A stretch of 64,000 nucleotides of DNA, taken from IMG/VR virus record IMGVR_UViG_3300035181_001402, positions 1 through 64,000 of that record; one strand, written 5' to 3'. The notes under the pieces were generated by a model. The model did not search any database and was not told the DNA's origin. It saw only the letters and a list, made by a program, of their open reading frames with translations. Positions 21,136 through 29,829 of this stretch are shown here, piece by piece; within the stretch, counting starts at the first letter, position 1; every line of letters begins with the position of its first letter. Source of the stretch: an uncultured virus (IMG/VR IMGVR_UViG_3300035181_001402). Taxonomy: Duplodnaviria; Heunggongvirae; Uroviricota; Caudoviricetes. A program made the translations under genes and the position numbers.

Positions 21136-21843
21136 ATGGTTCCCTCCGACCTCGGTGCTTCCTTTCGAGCCAACCCCCAACTTCTCGTGGGCACGCGGTG
21201 GACCCAAGACTACCGCGCCACAGATGACGGTGCGGTACGAGAATATACCTACACGAGAGTGGTAGAGGTTCTTCATGTGGGTGAGTCCCAACTATTGTGT
21301 GGGACTCTCTTCCAAGAAGAGTTCGAGAAGGTGTGGGTGCCTACACAGGGTATGCTCTCTGATTTCTCGTCGTTCAACTACATTGGGACGGCCGAACAGT
21401 TGAGTTTCGTACGGCGGAACTCCTGGGTGTTCCGTCTACCTACGGACAACTTCGGAGGGGACACGGGGAATTCCCTCCGAAGAATCACGCAGATCGACAA
21501 CTCTGAAGTGATGCTGATATCCCTCCCTCAAGAAGGAGGGAGGTGGGAATCCTATGGCGTCAATTACTCGATGATTTTACGTAATTATAGAGTAGCAAGC
21601 CAAGAAGAAACCCTCTTGGCTCAGGCACAAGAGCAACGAGCACTTCCGGTACGTGTCGAGAATGGGCCCCAGCCCCAAGTGCCCGTCGACTACGTTCTTC
21701 GAGAGAATGGGGAGATGAGGGTGGGGCAAGAGAACCCTGATGCGAATCCATTTGTGGCGTTGGCCCCTCCTGTGGAAGAGACCCCCAGGACCTACGGACG
21801 CCTGACGTCGTGGGACATCCTGGACTTCGAGTCGGACATTTAG
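21136..21843 (+). CDS. Hypothetical protein with C-terminal W-x-x-L-acidic tail
   Basis: 235 aa, ends RLTSWDILDFESDI. Confidence 0.6.
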   Translation: MVPSDLGASFRANPQLLVGTRWTQDYRATDDGAVREYTYTRVVEVLHVGESQLLCGTLFQEEFEKVWVPTQGMLSDFSSFNYIGTAEQLSFVRRNSWVFRLPTDNFGGDTGNSLRRITQIDNSEVMLISLPQEGGRWESYGVNYSMILRNYRVASQEETLLAQAQEQRALPVRVENGPQPQVPVDYVLRENGEMRVGQENPDANPFVALAPPVEETPRTYGRLTSWDILDFESDI

Positions 21844-21844
21844 C

Positions 21845-21850
21845 GGTGTA
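21845..21850 (+). promoter_or_regulatory. Class-2 motif GGTGTA
   Basis: 12 nt upstream of ATG 21863. Confidence 0.6.
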
Positions 21851-21862
21851 GAGACGAAGCGA

Positions 21863-22756
21863 ATGACTGACGAGAAAAAGGTCTGCTCCAAGTGTGGGGG
21901 GACGGGGCGGATCGAAGTGGACGACCTCACGGTCCGCCAGTGCATCTGCGCGTTCGCCCGAGCGATGAAGGAACACCTTGGGGCAGAGATCGCTCTCGCC
22001 CCTTCCCTCACGTCGAGCCCTCTGTTCGAGATGGGAGGCGTTGACAAGGACCCCAAGACCGACCTGACCGCCAAGAACCTCTTCCTCAAGGGGGCATGGG
22101 AAGACCTTCTCCCTCATCTAAAATGCGCTCTGGTTGGGAAAGGGCTCTTCTTCTCTTTCCGAGTCCTGACCGACGAGCGACTCAAGATCGTTTACGTCGG
22201 AGATGAGAGCTACAAGGCTCGTTCCAAAAGCAAGCGTGATGAGGCCCCGACGTTCAACTCGTTGACCGACATCTTGGGGCCGGATGTCGACCTTGTGATC
22301 CTCCGTATTGGCAAATTGGGGTACCCCAATAAAGCCATGCCCGGGATTCTCAAGGAAGCTCTCATGCTTCGTGAAGCTGCCTCAAAGGCTACATGGATCA
22401 ACGAGACTCCAGATAGCTTTTTCGGTCCCGGTCACTTCTCCTACGATGAGAACGTGGCTGAGTACATCGAAAAGAGATTCACGATCATGGACTTGACGAA
22501 CAAGCATCGGCCGAAAGAAGCACCTCAAGGATTCTACGTTCCTTCGGGGCCTGTTGACGTGGATATGGACTCTGCGCCACAGACACAGATCGTGACGGAG
22601 AAGACCTGGGAAGCAGCCCCGAAGCCTCGTTTCGAAGCTCGGAGCTACCCCAGCAACAATTCAGACGGGGCTTTGGGGGATAACGGCGGCTACAAGTCGA
22701 AGTTCAAGCCGAAGAAGTTCGGGAATGGCGGCGGGGGAGGGGGACCGCTCGGATGA
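21863..22756 (+). CDS. Putative helicase-loader-like protein (DnaC/DnaI-like, degenerate ATPase)
   Basis: N-terminal CSKCGGTG...CIC Zn motif; coupled to DnaB; no intact Walker A visible. Confidence 0.45.
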   Translation: MTDEKKVCSKCGGTGRIEVDDLTVRQCICAFARAMKEHLGAEIALAPSLTSSPLFEMGGVDKDPKTDLTAKNLFLKGAWEDLLPHLKCALVGKGLFFSFRVLTDERLKIVYVGDESYKARSKSKRDEAPTFNSLTDILGPDVDLVILRIGKLGYPNKAMPGILKEALMLREAASKATWINETPDSFFGPGHFSYDENVAEYIEKRFTIMDLTNKHRPKEAPQGFYVPSGPVDVDMDSAPQTQIVTEKTWEAAPKPRFEARSYPSNNSDGALGDNGGYKSKFKPKKFGNGGGGGGPLG

Positions 22757-24216
22757 AGCGCCTACTTCGATCCATCATCGATTTTGATGGGCAGACACCC
22801 CAAGAGCACCTGACGCAGAACCTCCAGCGGCTCATTGCCGCTCAGATCGGCTGGAATCGTCCCGACGACGAGAAAATCTTCGAGTACGTCAAGTCGTACT
22901 TCCAACAGCGGTTGGAGATCCCCGCTGTCCAGACAATCCGGGACTATTTCGTCCGCATGGACGACGTCGAGATCCAGGAGCGCATCCCGGACATCGAGGC
23001 TTCGCCGGCCTACGTCCGAACCAACTTCGCCGCCCTGCTCCAAACGATCCTGGAGCAACAGAACACGAACAAGACGATCGCCCTCCTCAAGGAGACGCAC
23101 GAGATCGTCACCCGCGGTTTGGAGATCGTCGAGGGGCGCGAGAAGATCCGGAAGCACGGGGTTCGAGATGCTCTCGTGCATTTCACCTCGAAGTCTCACG
23201 ACCTGATCATCCCGGAGTACAACGCGAGGACCTCGGGGGACATCCGGAAGGATGGCCAAGCCATCCTCGATCAATACCAGGACGCCAAGGTCAACAAGGA
23301 GAAGACCTGGGGGAAGTTCTGCGGGCTCAACGAGATCGACAAGAACACCCACGGGATCAAGCGCGGAGAGCTGTGGGTTCACGCGGCCTTCCCCGGCGAG
23401 CTGAAGACCACGTTCTCGCTCAACTGGTGTTACAACCTCGTCACCCGGTATCGGACGAACATCGTCTACTGGTCGCTGGAAATGCCCTACGAGCAGATCC
23501 GCCTCCAGTTCTACGTGCTCCACTCGGCCAACATGAAGTGGCGGGCCATGGGGTACGTGCCTCTCGATTACCGGAAGGTCCGGGATGGGGAGCTATCCCC
23601 CGCGGAGGAAGCCTTCTACGAGAGGGTTGTTGACGACTTCGCCAACAACCCGGACTACTGCCACTGCGAGATCATCTCCCCTGACCGGGAGGTGACCATG
23701 GATGACATTCGCCTGGAGTGCGAGCTTCTCCACAAGCAGATGGAAGTGGGGCTGATCGTCATCGACCACGGGCAAGAGGTCGAGGCCCGCAAGACCAAGA
23801 GGTCCAAGGATTACGGCGTCGAGCTGAACTCTGTCGTTCGGGATGCGAAGCGTCTCGCTCTGCACTTCAATCACGGGGAGCGGATCCCTGTCCTCATGCT
23901 CTTCCAGATCAACCGGCAAGGCAAGGACGAGGCGTCCAAGAACGAGGGCAAATACAAGATGTCCGCCGTGGCCTACGCCAACCAGGTCGAGAAGTCGGCC
24001 GATGTGCTGACGACAACCTACCTGGATGAGAACCATCGGGCGAACGGCACCACCCTGTTCTGCAACCTCAAGAATCGGGACAACCCGATCTTCGAGCCCT
24101 TCCTCGCGTCGGTCCACTTCAGCTCGAAGCGGATCTACAACATGGATATGTACCAGGGCAAGGGGATGAGCGTCGAGGAGCACAAGCAAGTGCTCGACGA
24201 GATGTTCAACGTGTGA
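22753..24216 (+). CDS. dnaB: Replicative DNA helicase, DnaB family
   Basis: GELWVHAAFPGELKTTF (variant Walker A), SLEM, VIDH, FQINR, EKSAD, KNRD. Confidence 0.85.
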   Translation: MKRLLRSIIDFDGQTPQEHLTQNLQRLIAAQIGWNRPDDEKIFEYVKSYFQQRLEIPAVQTIRDYFVRMDDVEIQERIPDIEASPAYVRTNFAALLQTILEQQNTNKTIALLKETHEIVTRGLEIVEGREKIRKHGVRDALVHFTSKSHDLIIPEYNARTSGDIRKDGQAILDQYQDAKVNKEKTWGKFCGLNEIDKNTHGIKRGELWVHAAFPGELKTTFSLNWCYNLVTRYRTNIVYWSLEMPYEQIRLQFYVLHSANMKWRAMGYVPLDYRKVRDGELSPAEEAFYERVVDDFANNPDYCHCEIISPDREVTMDDIRLECELLHKQMEVGLIVIDHGQEVEARKTKRSKDYGVELNSVVRDAKRLALHFNHGERIPVLMLFQINRQGKDEASKNEGKYKMSAVAYANQVEKSADVLTTTYLDENHRANGTTLFCNLKNRDNPIFEPFLASVHFSSKRIYNMDMYQGKGMSVEEHKQVLDEMFNV

Positions 24217-24217
24217 G

Positions 24218-24448
24218 ATGCCCCAAATCGAGACGGAAGAAAAGTTTCGGGTTCACGCGCTCCTGGTTGTGCGGGTGGTGCATAATCTCTTCCCTCATCT
24301 GTCTCAAGAGGGGAAAGAACAGACGGCCATGGCCCTTTTGGACCTGGAGCCGGAAGACCTGGAGCCCATGACTCGACATGGGTATGCGTTGTCTTGTGCG
24401 ATTCCGACCCATAAGACAGTGTGGTATTACCTGGAGGACGACCTGTGA
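24218..24448 (+). CDS. Small hypothetical protein, ends KTVWYYLEDDL
   Basis: 76 aa, 1 nt after the dnaB stop. Confidence 0.55.
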   Translation: MPQIETEEKFRVHALLVVRVVHNLFPHLSQEGKEQTAMALLDLEPEDLEPMTRHGYALSCAIPTHKTVWYYLEDDL

Positions 24449-24615
24449 ACGAACGCACATCTGACGATTGGGAGGCGGATTGGGCCTGGCTCCGACCTGC
24501 GACCTTGAAGGTCTATGAGATGTTCGCGCTTCTCGTTCAGGAGAAGCAACGAGAACGAGCGAACCTCCCGGTCTTTTGGACTCACCTTTTGGAGGATGAC
24601 GACGATGGCATTTGA
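24445..24615 (+). CDS. Small hypothetical protein, ends VFWTHLLEDDDDGI
   Basis: GTGA overlap with the upstream stop. Confidence 0.5.
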   Translation: MNERTSDDWEADWAWLRPATLKVYEMFALLVQEKQRERANLPVFWTHLLEDDDDGI

Positions 24616-25231
24616 ACCCCAAGACCACGAGCGGAAGGAAGTCTTCCGACGATGGATCCAGGCTCGCATCGAGGCTATTCACCGCCAGGTGACGGCCTAT
24701 GACGTGCTCCGACGGAACGGGGTGAGCCTTCGGAACGGTGGTGCTCGCGAGGAGCAGTTCGCCTGCCCCTTCCACGGGCGAGACAACAAGCCCTCCGTTC
24801 GGTATCACCCGGAGTCGAACCGCGGCCCCTCTCACGCGTGGTGCTTCGTGTGCCAGGAGCGCTGGGACTGCATCGCGCTCTACAAGAAGTTCGAGGGCTT
24901 CGAGGGCAAGTTCACCCAGCTCCTCGCGATGATCGAGCGGGACAACGGGCTCACCGCGCCTGAAGGTCCTCCGCCGGAAGCTCACGGGGAAGACGAAGAA
25001 GCTCTGGCTCAAGACGCTGAGGTTCACAGCCTTCTCGGGATCTGCGAACGCCGCCTCCTCGCCGCCAAGGAACTCTTCGACATGAAGGCCTATCTGGTCC
25101 TCGGGACGATCCTCGATCGGCTCTACGGCTCTCTCGACGATCGTCGGGTGCTCCCGCTCAAGGCCAAGGAGACCATCCGGCTCGTGCTCGACAAGATCGG
25201 CCAGAGGGAACGGGCTTGTCCCGACGTCTGA
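24605..25231 (+). CDS. Stand-alone CHC2 primase-type zinc-finger protein
   Basis: ACPFHGRDNKPSV...WCFVCQ; no TOPRIM domain follows. Confidence 0.75.
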   Translation: MAFEPQDHERKEVFRRWIQARIEAIHRQVTAYDVLRRNGVSLRNGGAREEQFACPFHGRDNKPSVRYHPESNRGPSHAWCFVCQERWDCIALYKKFEGFEGKFTQLLAMIERDNGLTAPEGPPPEAHGEDEEALAQDAEVHSLLGICERRLLAAKELFDMKAYLVLGTILDRLYGSLDDRRVLPLKAKETIRLVLDKIGQRERACPDV

Positions 25232-25641
25232 AGATCCGGACCAACGAGCTGGGCTTCCTGGAGCTGTTCCTCATCTACGTCTACGGCGAGGCCTGGGAAG
25301 ATGAATGGTTCCAGCTTCAAGGCCAGCCGATCACGGCCAACATCCCTCAAGTCTCGAAGGCGACGATGGACCATGCCCTTCGAGGTTGGACCCGCCCCTT
25401 CCTCGACCAGCTAGGCCCGGCGCCAGCTCTACTTCTACGCAAGCTCCCTGAGACACATTCTCAGTGTGTCCAGAGGAAGCGGTGTAGCCTCTACATCCCC
25501 CATTACTGCGTCCCGTCGGCCAAGAAGATGCCTTGGTGTTTTCAGCCCGAAGGAACGGATGATTTTACGGGGCCCCTCGCGGCCGAGATCATTCGGCTCT
25601 GGCGTGAGGGTGTGTACATCGTGTTGGTTCAGGAGGCGTGA
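25216..25641 (+). CDS. Hypothetical Cys-containing protein
   Basis: 141 aa; stop overlaps the polymerase start. Confidence 0.55.
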   Translation: MSRRLKIRTNELGFLELFLIYVYGEAWEDEWFQLQGQPITANIPQVSKATMDHALRGWTRPFLDQLGPAPALLLRKLPETHSQCVQRKRCSLYIPHYCVPSAKKMPWCFQPEGTDDFTGPLAAEIIRLWREGVYIVLVQEA

Positions 25642-28502
25642 TGGCTGACGAGTTCGATGACGACGATATTGACTTCTTGAACTCCCCGGCTCCTCTCGGA
25701 CGCAAGGAGAAGGATCGCCCCATCGAGTCCTTCGAGGATGAGGGTGGGCTCGACGACTTCATGTCGAACACCGGGATGGTCAGGGAACGCGATGTCCCCG
25801 ACCCGACGAAGCCGTGGATGCGTTTTCACGAGTTCGTGCTCGTGAAGGCCATCGAAGAGGTTCGAACGATCGTCGATGCGGCCATCGCTGCCAAGAACTG
25901 CTCGCTCGACCTGGAAACCCAGGGCCTCGACAACCGCATCTTCTACGATGCGGAGGGCAAGCCTCAGACGGTCCACAAGATCGTGGGGTTCTGCATCTCG
26001 GTCGACTCCAAGACGGGCTACTACATCCCTGTCCGCCACAAGACCGGCGAAGGGATGCCGGATCTGAACGTCAAGCCGAGCGAGGTCGAAGCGGAAATCC
26101 GTCGACTGTGTCTCGCCTCGCAGCCGACCCCCAAGGGCACCCCCAAGGACCTCCTATCCTTCAAGGAGTTCGAGGAGGGACCGCAGCTCGTCATCAACTT
26201 CTGGAACGCCAAGTTCGATCAGGAGTTCCTCTACCCCATCACGGGGATCGATTGGTGGCACCCCGACTCCTTCGAGGATGGTTGCCTGGCGGCCTTCACG
26301 GTCTACTCCGACGACTGGCTTGGTCTCAAGGAGAACTCGAAGTCTCGTCTCCGAGTCTCGGAAGAGGTCACGGGATCGGACGGGAAGCGGTTGAGGGTCG
26401 AGTACGCCTACGAGATGATCGAGCTGAAGGAGCTGTTCCTCAAGGGCCGCCCGATCAAGTTCGATTCGCTCTCGCCGGATGAGCCGGGCGTGATCAAATA
26501 CGCCTGTTCCGACGCTATCTGCACGAACCTCCTCTGCCTACGAGACGACCTCGTGAAGCTGAGCCGGGACAAGTACGGCTTCACCTACCGCCTGGAGAAG
26601 CAAGTATCCCAGGTGGTTCGCGTCATGGAACGCAACCGCGCAATGGTGAACCGGGGCAAGGTCAAGCTCCTCCTGGACAGGCACACCAAGAAGCGCGATG
26701 AGCTTCTCGTTCTCATCGACGCTCTCGCCAAGAGCAAGGGCTTCCACAGCTTCGACCCTGCGAGCACCAAGCAGCTCGGAGAGTTCCTCTTCGGGGAGAA
26801 GGGTCTGGACATCTCCCCCAAGCCCGAGAAGAACGAGAAGTCTCAGCAGTACAAGACGGACGGGGAGACTCTCGAAACCCTCACGAAGGACATGGGCCCC
26901 AATGCCCCCATGATCCTCCAATGGATGGTCAAGCTCCGGGGTGAAGAGAAGCTCCTCGGGACCTACCTGCACAACCTCTACGAGAACTACGACAAGCACG
27001 CGATGCCTCTGTCGGAGATGCGGTTCGACTGGAAGCAGACGGGAGCGGCCACAGGGCGCTTCTCGGCTCCGAGCCGGAAGGACCATCTCGACCATGGTTT
27101 CAGTGGCGTCCCCAGCCACGGGATTCCTTCGACGTCCGACATTCGAACGTGCTTCGAGGCCCGGCCGGGCTATGCGATGTGCAAGTGCGATTACGCAGGC
27201 CAAGAGCTGCGGATCGTCACGAACCTCTCGAACGAAGGCGTCTGGATCAAGGAGTTCAAGGAAGGGTCGGGCGATCTCCACAGCATCACCGCCAGGGCCT
27301 TCTTCAACAAGGCGGACATCACCAAGGACGAGCGGAAGATGGGCAAGATTGCCAACTTCACTCTCGTCTACGGTGGTGGGCCGGCGGCCATCATGCGGGC
27401 GACGGGCTGTGACAAGGTCGAGGGGCAACGCCGGAAGGCGGCCTTCGATAAGGCGGTCCCGACCTTCGCGAAGTGGGTCAAGCAGCAACACACGAAGGTC
27501 AAGAGGGACAAGGGCGTCTGGACGGCTTTCGGTCGTTGGATTGCCATCCCCGATGCCAACGTGATGGAAGGGGAGATGCACAACGGTCGGATCTTGTCGT
27601 CGCAAGACGCGAACATGATCCGAGCTGCCTGTGAGCGTCACGCGACGAACTACCCGATTCAGGGGAGCGGCGCGGACATCATGAAGATCGCGATGGTTCT
27701 GCTCCACAAGGAGTTCCACCGCCGGGGCTGGCTCCGAAATGGGGGTGACGATTCGGTTCGGATGCTCCTCACGGTTCACGACGAGCTTGTCTTCGAGATT
27801 CGCTTCGATCGTGTGGCGGAAGCCATCCCCCTCATCGTCGAGCAGATGGAGATGCCGACGAAGATGGCTCGTCCTCCCTACTCGCCTATCTGGCAGGTCC
27901 CTCTTATTGTCGAGCCCTTGATCGGCTTCAACTGGGGCGCGGGCTATGGTGTCGTTCTTTTCAAGGAAGGGTATGTCCTCAAGGAGTTCGAAGTGCTCCT
28001 CGGCGGATTCGTCTACTCTCTCACCCGTGTGGTCGAGAAGGAAGCTGAGATCCTGGAAGAGGAAGTCATCGTCAAGACGGAGGAGAAGAGCGGCAAGAAG
28101 GTCTTCACCATCCGGTTGAAGATCGACCCCCCGTGGCTCAAGGGGGGCTCCAGCTCACCGCCCCCTTCAACTCCCCCGTCCTCGGGTGGTCGTGAGAAGG
28201 AGACGCCTCCCTCTTCGCCGATGGCTCCCTTGTCTCAACAGACGTTGAAGCAGGATGGTCCGCCGCCCAAGGTCGTCACGATTCGGCTTCGAGAACTGTC
28301 CCCGTCCACGCTTCGGCAAGTCCGTGGGGTGTGCGCGCAGTACATCGATCCCGACAACGGATCGATCCTCCGGTTGATTGACCCGATGTCGGGGAAGACG
28401 ATCATTGACCCCAAGCTCGGAGTCAAGATCAACCCCGAGATGGTCGCGGGGGCTCTCAAGGAGATGCATCTTTCCGACGGACAGTATCTTCCCAGCTCGT
28501 AA
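25641..28502 (+). CDS. polA: Family A DNA polymerase with 3'-5' exonuclease
   Basis: ExoI LDLETQG, ExoII NAKFD, ExoIII YACSD; motifs A DYAGQELR, B RKMGKIANFTLVYG, C VHDE; AGGAGG RBS. Confidence 0.95.
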   Translation: MADEFDDDDIDFLNSPAPLGRKEKDRPIESFEDEGGLDDFMSNTGMVRERDVPDPTKPWMRFHEFVLVKAIEEVRTIVDAAIAAKNCSLDLETQGLDNRIFYDAEGKPQTVHKIVGFCISVDSKTGYYIPVRHKTGEGMPDLNVKPSEVEAEIRRLCLASQPTPKGTPKDLLSFKEFEEGPQLVINFWNAKFDQEFLYPITGIDWWHPDSFEDGCLAAFTVYSDDWLGLKENSKSRLRVSEEVTGSDGKRLRVEYAYEMIELKELFLKGRPIKFDSLSPDEPGVIKYACSDAICTNLLCLRDDLVKLSRDKYGFTYRLEKQVSQVVRVMERNRAMVNRGKVKLLLDRHTKKRDELLVLIDALAKSKGFHSFDPASTKQLGEFLFGEKGLDISPKPEKNEKSQQYKTDGETLETLTKDMGPNAPMILQWMVKLRGEEKLLGTYLHNLYENYDKHAMPLSEMRFDWKQTGAATGRFSAPSRKDHLDHGFSGVPSHGIPSTSDIRTCFEARPGYAMCKCDYAGQELRIVTNLSNEGVWIKEFKEGSGDLHSITARAFFNKADITKDERKMGKIANFTLVYGGGPAAIMRATGCDKVEGQRRKAAFDKAVPTFAKWVKQQHTKVKRDKGVWTAFGRWIAIPDANVMEGEMHNGRILSSQDANMIRAACERHATNYPIQGSGADIMKIAMVLLHKEFHRRGWLRNGGDDSVRMLLTVHDELVFEIRFDRVAEAIPLIVEQMEMPTKMARPPYSPIWQVPLIVEPLIGFNWGAGYGVVLFKEGYVLKEFEVLLGGFVYSLTRVVEKEAEILEEEVIVKTEEKSGKKVFTIRLKIDPPWLKGGSSSPPPSTPPSSGGREKETPPSSPMAPLSQQTLKQDGPPPKVVTIRLRELSPSTLRQVRGVCAQYIDPDNGSILRLIDPMSGKTIIDPKLGVKINPEMVAGALKEMHLSDGQYLPSS

Positions 28503-28542
28503 TCCTGGCATATACTGAAACGTTCGGGTATTATCCTCACTC

Positions 28543-29088
28543 ATGGCTTCGGAACGTCGAGATTTGTACGGGGAATGCAACGTGGACGGGGCGTCGCTCG
28601 ACCAGTTCACGGCCGAGTGCTGCTCCCGTTGCATGACTTCGGAGTGTTCTCGTAGCCTTTTGAGTGGGGTTAAATTCGAGCGTCGAATCCAGAGCTGGGA
28701 GGATCGATTGTTCAACAACCCCCCGCAGATGGATCCCCAAGATCCCCGCTACATGAAGATCCAGGGTCAACGATTCCTGACCCTGTATGTCGGGCGCACC
28801 CCTGAGATTCGCTCTTCGGGGTGGATCGACCCCCTGGCGGAAGCTGAAAAGCTGGAGACGGCTCCCGTTTCCCCGGCTTCCATCATTTCGGTTCCGCCCG
28901 TTCCCAGCTCCAAGCTGGTCCTCCCGCGCCGGTTGTCCCTGGCAAATGCCCCGGATCAATCGGGAAAAATGGTAGGGGCCCCCGTCACTCCTTCAAGAGA
29001 TCCGTGGGCCGCTTCTTCTCTTCCTCCCACAACGGATCCGACTATTTCACCTGGAGGCACGGTCAAGCTCCGCGGTTCTGGTGTATAG
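28543..29088 (+). CDS. Hypothetical protein (N-terminal Cys cluster, Pro-rich tail)
   Basis: 181 aa. Confidence 0.55.
   Translation: MASERRDLYGECNVDGASLDQFTAECCSRCMTSECSRSLLSGVKFERRIQSWEDRLFNNPPQMDPQDPRYMKIQGQRFLTLYVGRTPEIRSSGWIDPLAEAEKLETAPVSPASIISVPPVPSSKLVLPRRLSLANAPDQSGKMVGAPVTPSRDPWAASSLPPTTDPTISPGGTVKLRGSGV
29080..29085 (+). promoter_or_regulatory. Class-2 motif GGTGTA (leadered transcript)
   Basis: Lies within the last codons of the upstream gene; next ATG at 29142 has a GGAG RBS. Confidence 0.45.
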
Positions 29089-29141
29089 ATAGGCTGTCCC
29101 CCACACCACCGAAGCTACCGGAGCTACCGGAGAGACAAGAC

Positions 29142-29324
29142 ATGAAATTCAAGGCCTCCATCAAGACCGACGGCAAGGTCGTCACCGAAGTTCTCGCCCG
29201 CGAGAACCACCTTTGCAGCGAAATCTACAAGGTGACCAACGCCATCGGCAAGCAGCTCAGCGACGACGAGATCGGCCCCGAGTGCGATCCGCAGACCGAG
29301 GTCAACAGCGACTCTTCGCTGTAA
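29142..29324 (+). CDS. DUF2997-like small protein
   Basis: MKFKASIKTDGKVVTEV...C; size, motif and position beside DUF1257 and an AAA ATPase. Confidence 0.6.
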   Translation: MKFKASIKTDGKVVTEVLARENHLCSEIYKVTNAIGKQLSDDEIGPECDPQTEVNSDSSL

Positions 29325-29363
29325 GCCTCACCAGAAGTACCCTTTCGAGAGGAATCCCAGAAC

Positions 29364-29687
29364 ATGTCCCACCGCGTCACGACCCAAACCGAGATGAAGA
29401 ATGCCGCCAACGTGAAGGAGGCCTGCAAGCAGCAGGGCGTCACCTTCCAGGAGACCGGCAACACCATCCGCTTCACGAGCGGGCCCCTCAACACGGCCTC
29501 GCTCGACCTCACCACGGGGACGATCACGGGCGACACCGATCGCCACAGCGCCTCGACGCTGGGTGCCATCAAGCAGGCCTATGGAGAGGTGTCCTACCGC
29601 TTCGAGTGCCTGAAGCAGGGCATCACGATCGAGAGCCGCACCGTCGAGAAGGACGGCACCATCACCCTGATGTGCGCGAGCGCCTGA
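29364..29687 (+). CDS. DUF1257/Ycf35-like protein
   Basis: MSH..T.T.MKN N-terminus, 'IKQAYG', C-terminal 'DGTITL'. Confidence 0.7.
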   Translation: MSHRVTTQTEMKNAANVKEACKQQGVTFQETGNTIRFTSGPLNTASLDLTTGTITGDTDRHSASTLGAIKQAYGEVSYRFECLKQGITIESRTVEKDGTITLMCASA

Positions 29688-29724
29688 TCCGGTTCCCTTC
29701 GGCGGCCGGGTGAGTCCCCGGTAA

Positions 29725-29775
29725 CTGAAATGCGAGTGCCCTTCCTTCACAAGAGGAAGGGCACTCGCATTTCAG
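29725..29775. repeat. Perfect 22-bp inverted repeat with 7-nt loop (terminator or processing hairpin)
   Basis: CTGAAATGCGAGTGCCCTTCCT-tcacaag-AGGAAGGGCACTCGCATTTCAG. Confidence 0.85.
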
Positions 29776-29813
29776 GGGTAGAAGTTCAATCAAGATGGGG
29801 TTTAGGCCCCAAC

Positions 29814-29819
29814 GGTGTA
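29814..29819 (+). promoter_or_regulatory. Class-2 motif GGTGTA
   Basis: 10 nt upstream of ATG 29830. Confidence 0.65.
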
Positions 29820-29829
29820 AAGAGTCCCT

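Noticed and set aside
22753..28502. Inteins or introns in dnaB, polA or thyA
   Set aside because: Motif spacing is compatible with uninterrupted proteins, there are no C...HN splice termini, and the HNH genes lie outside thyA.
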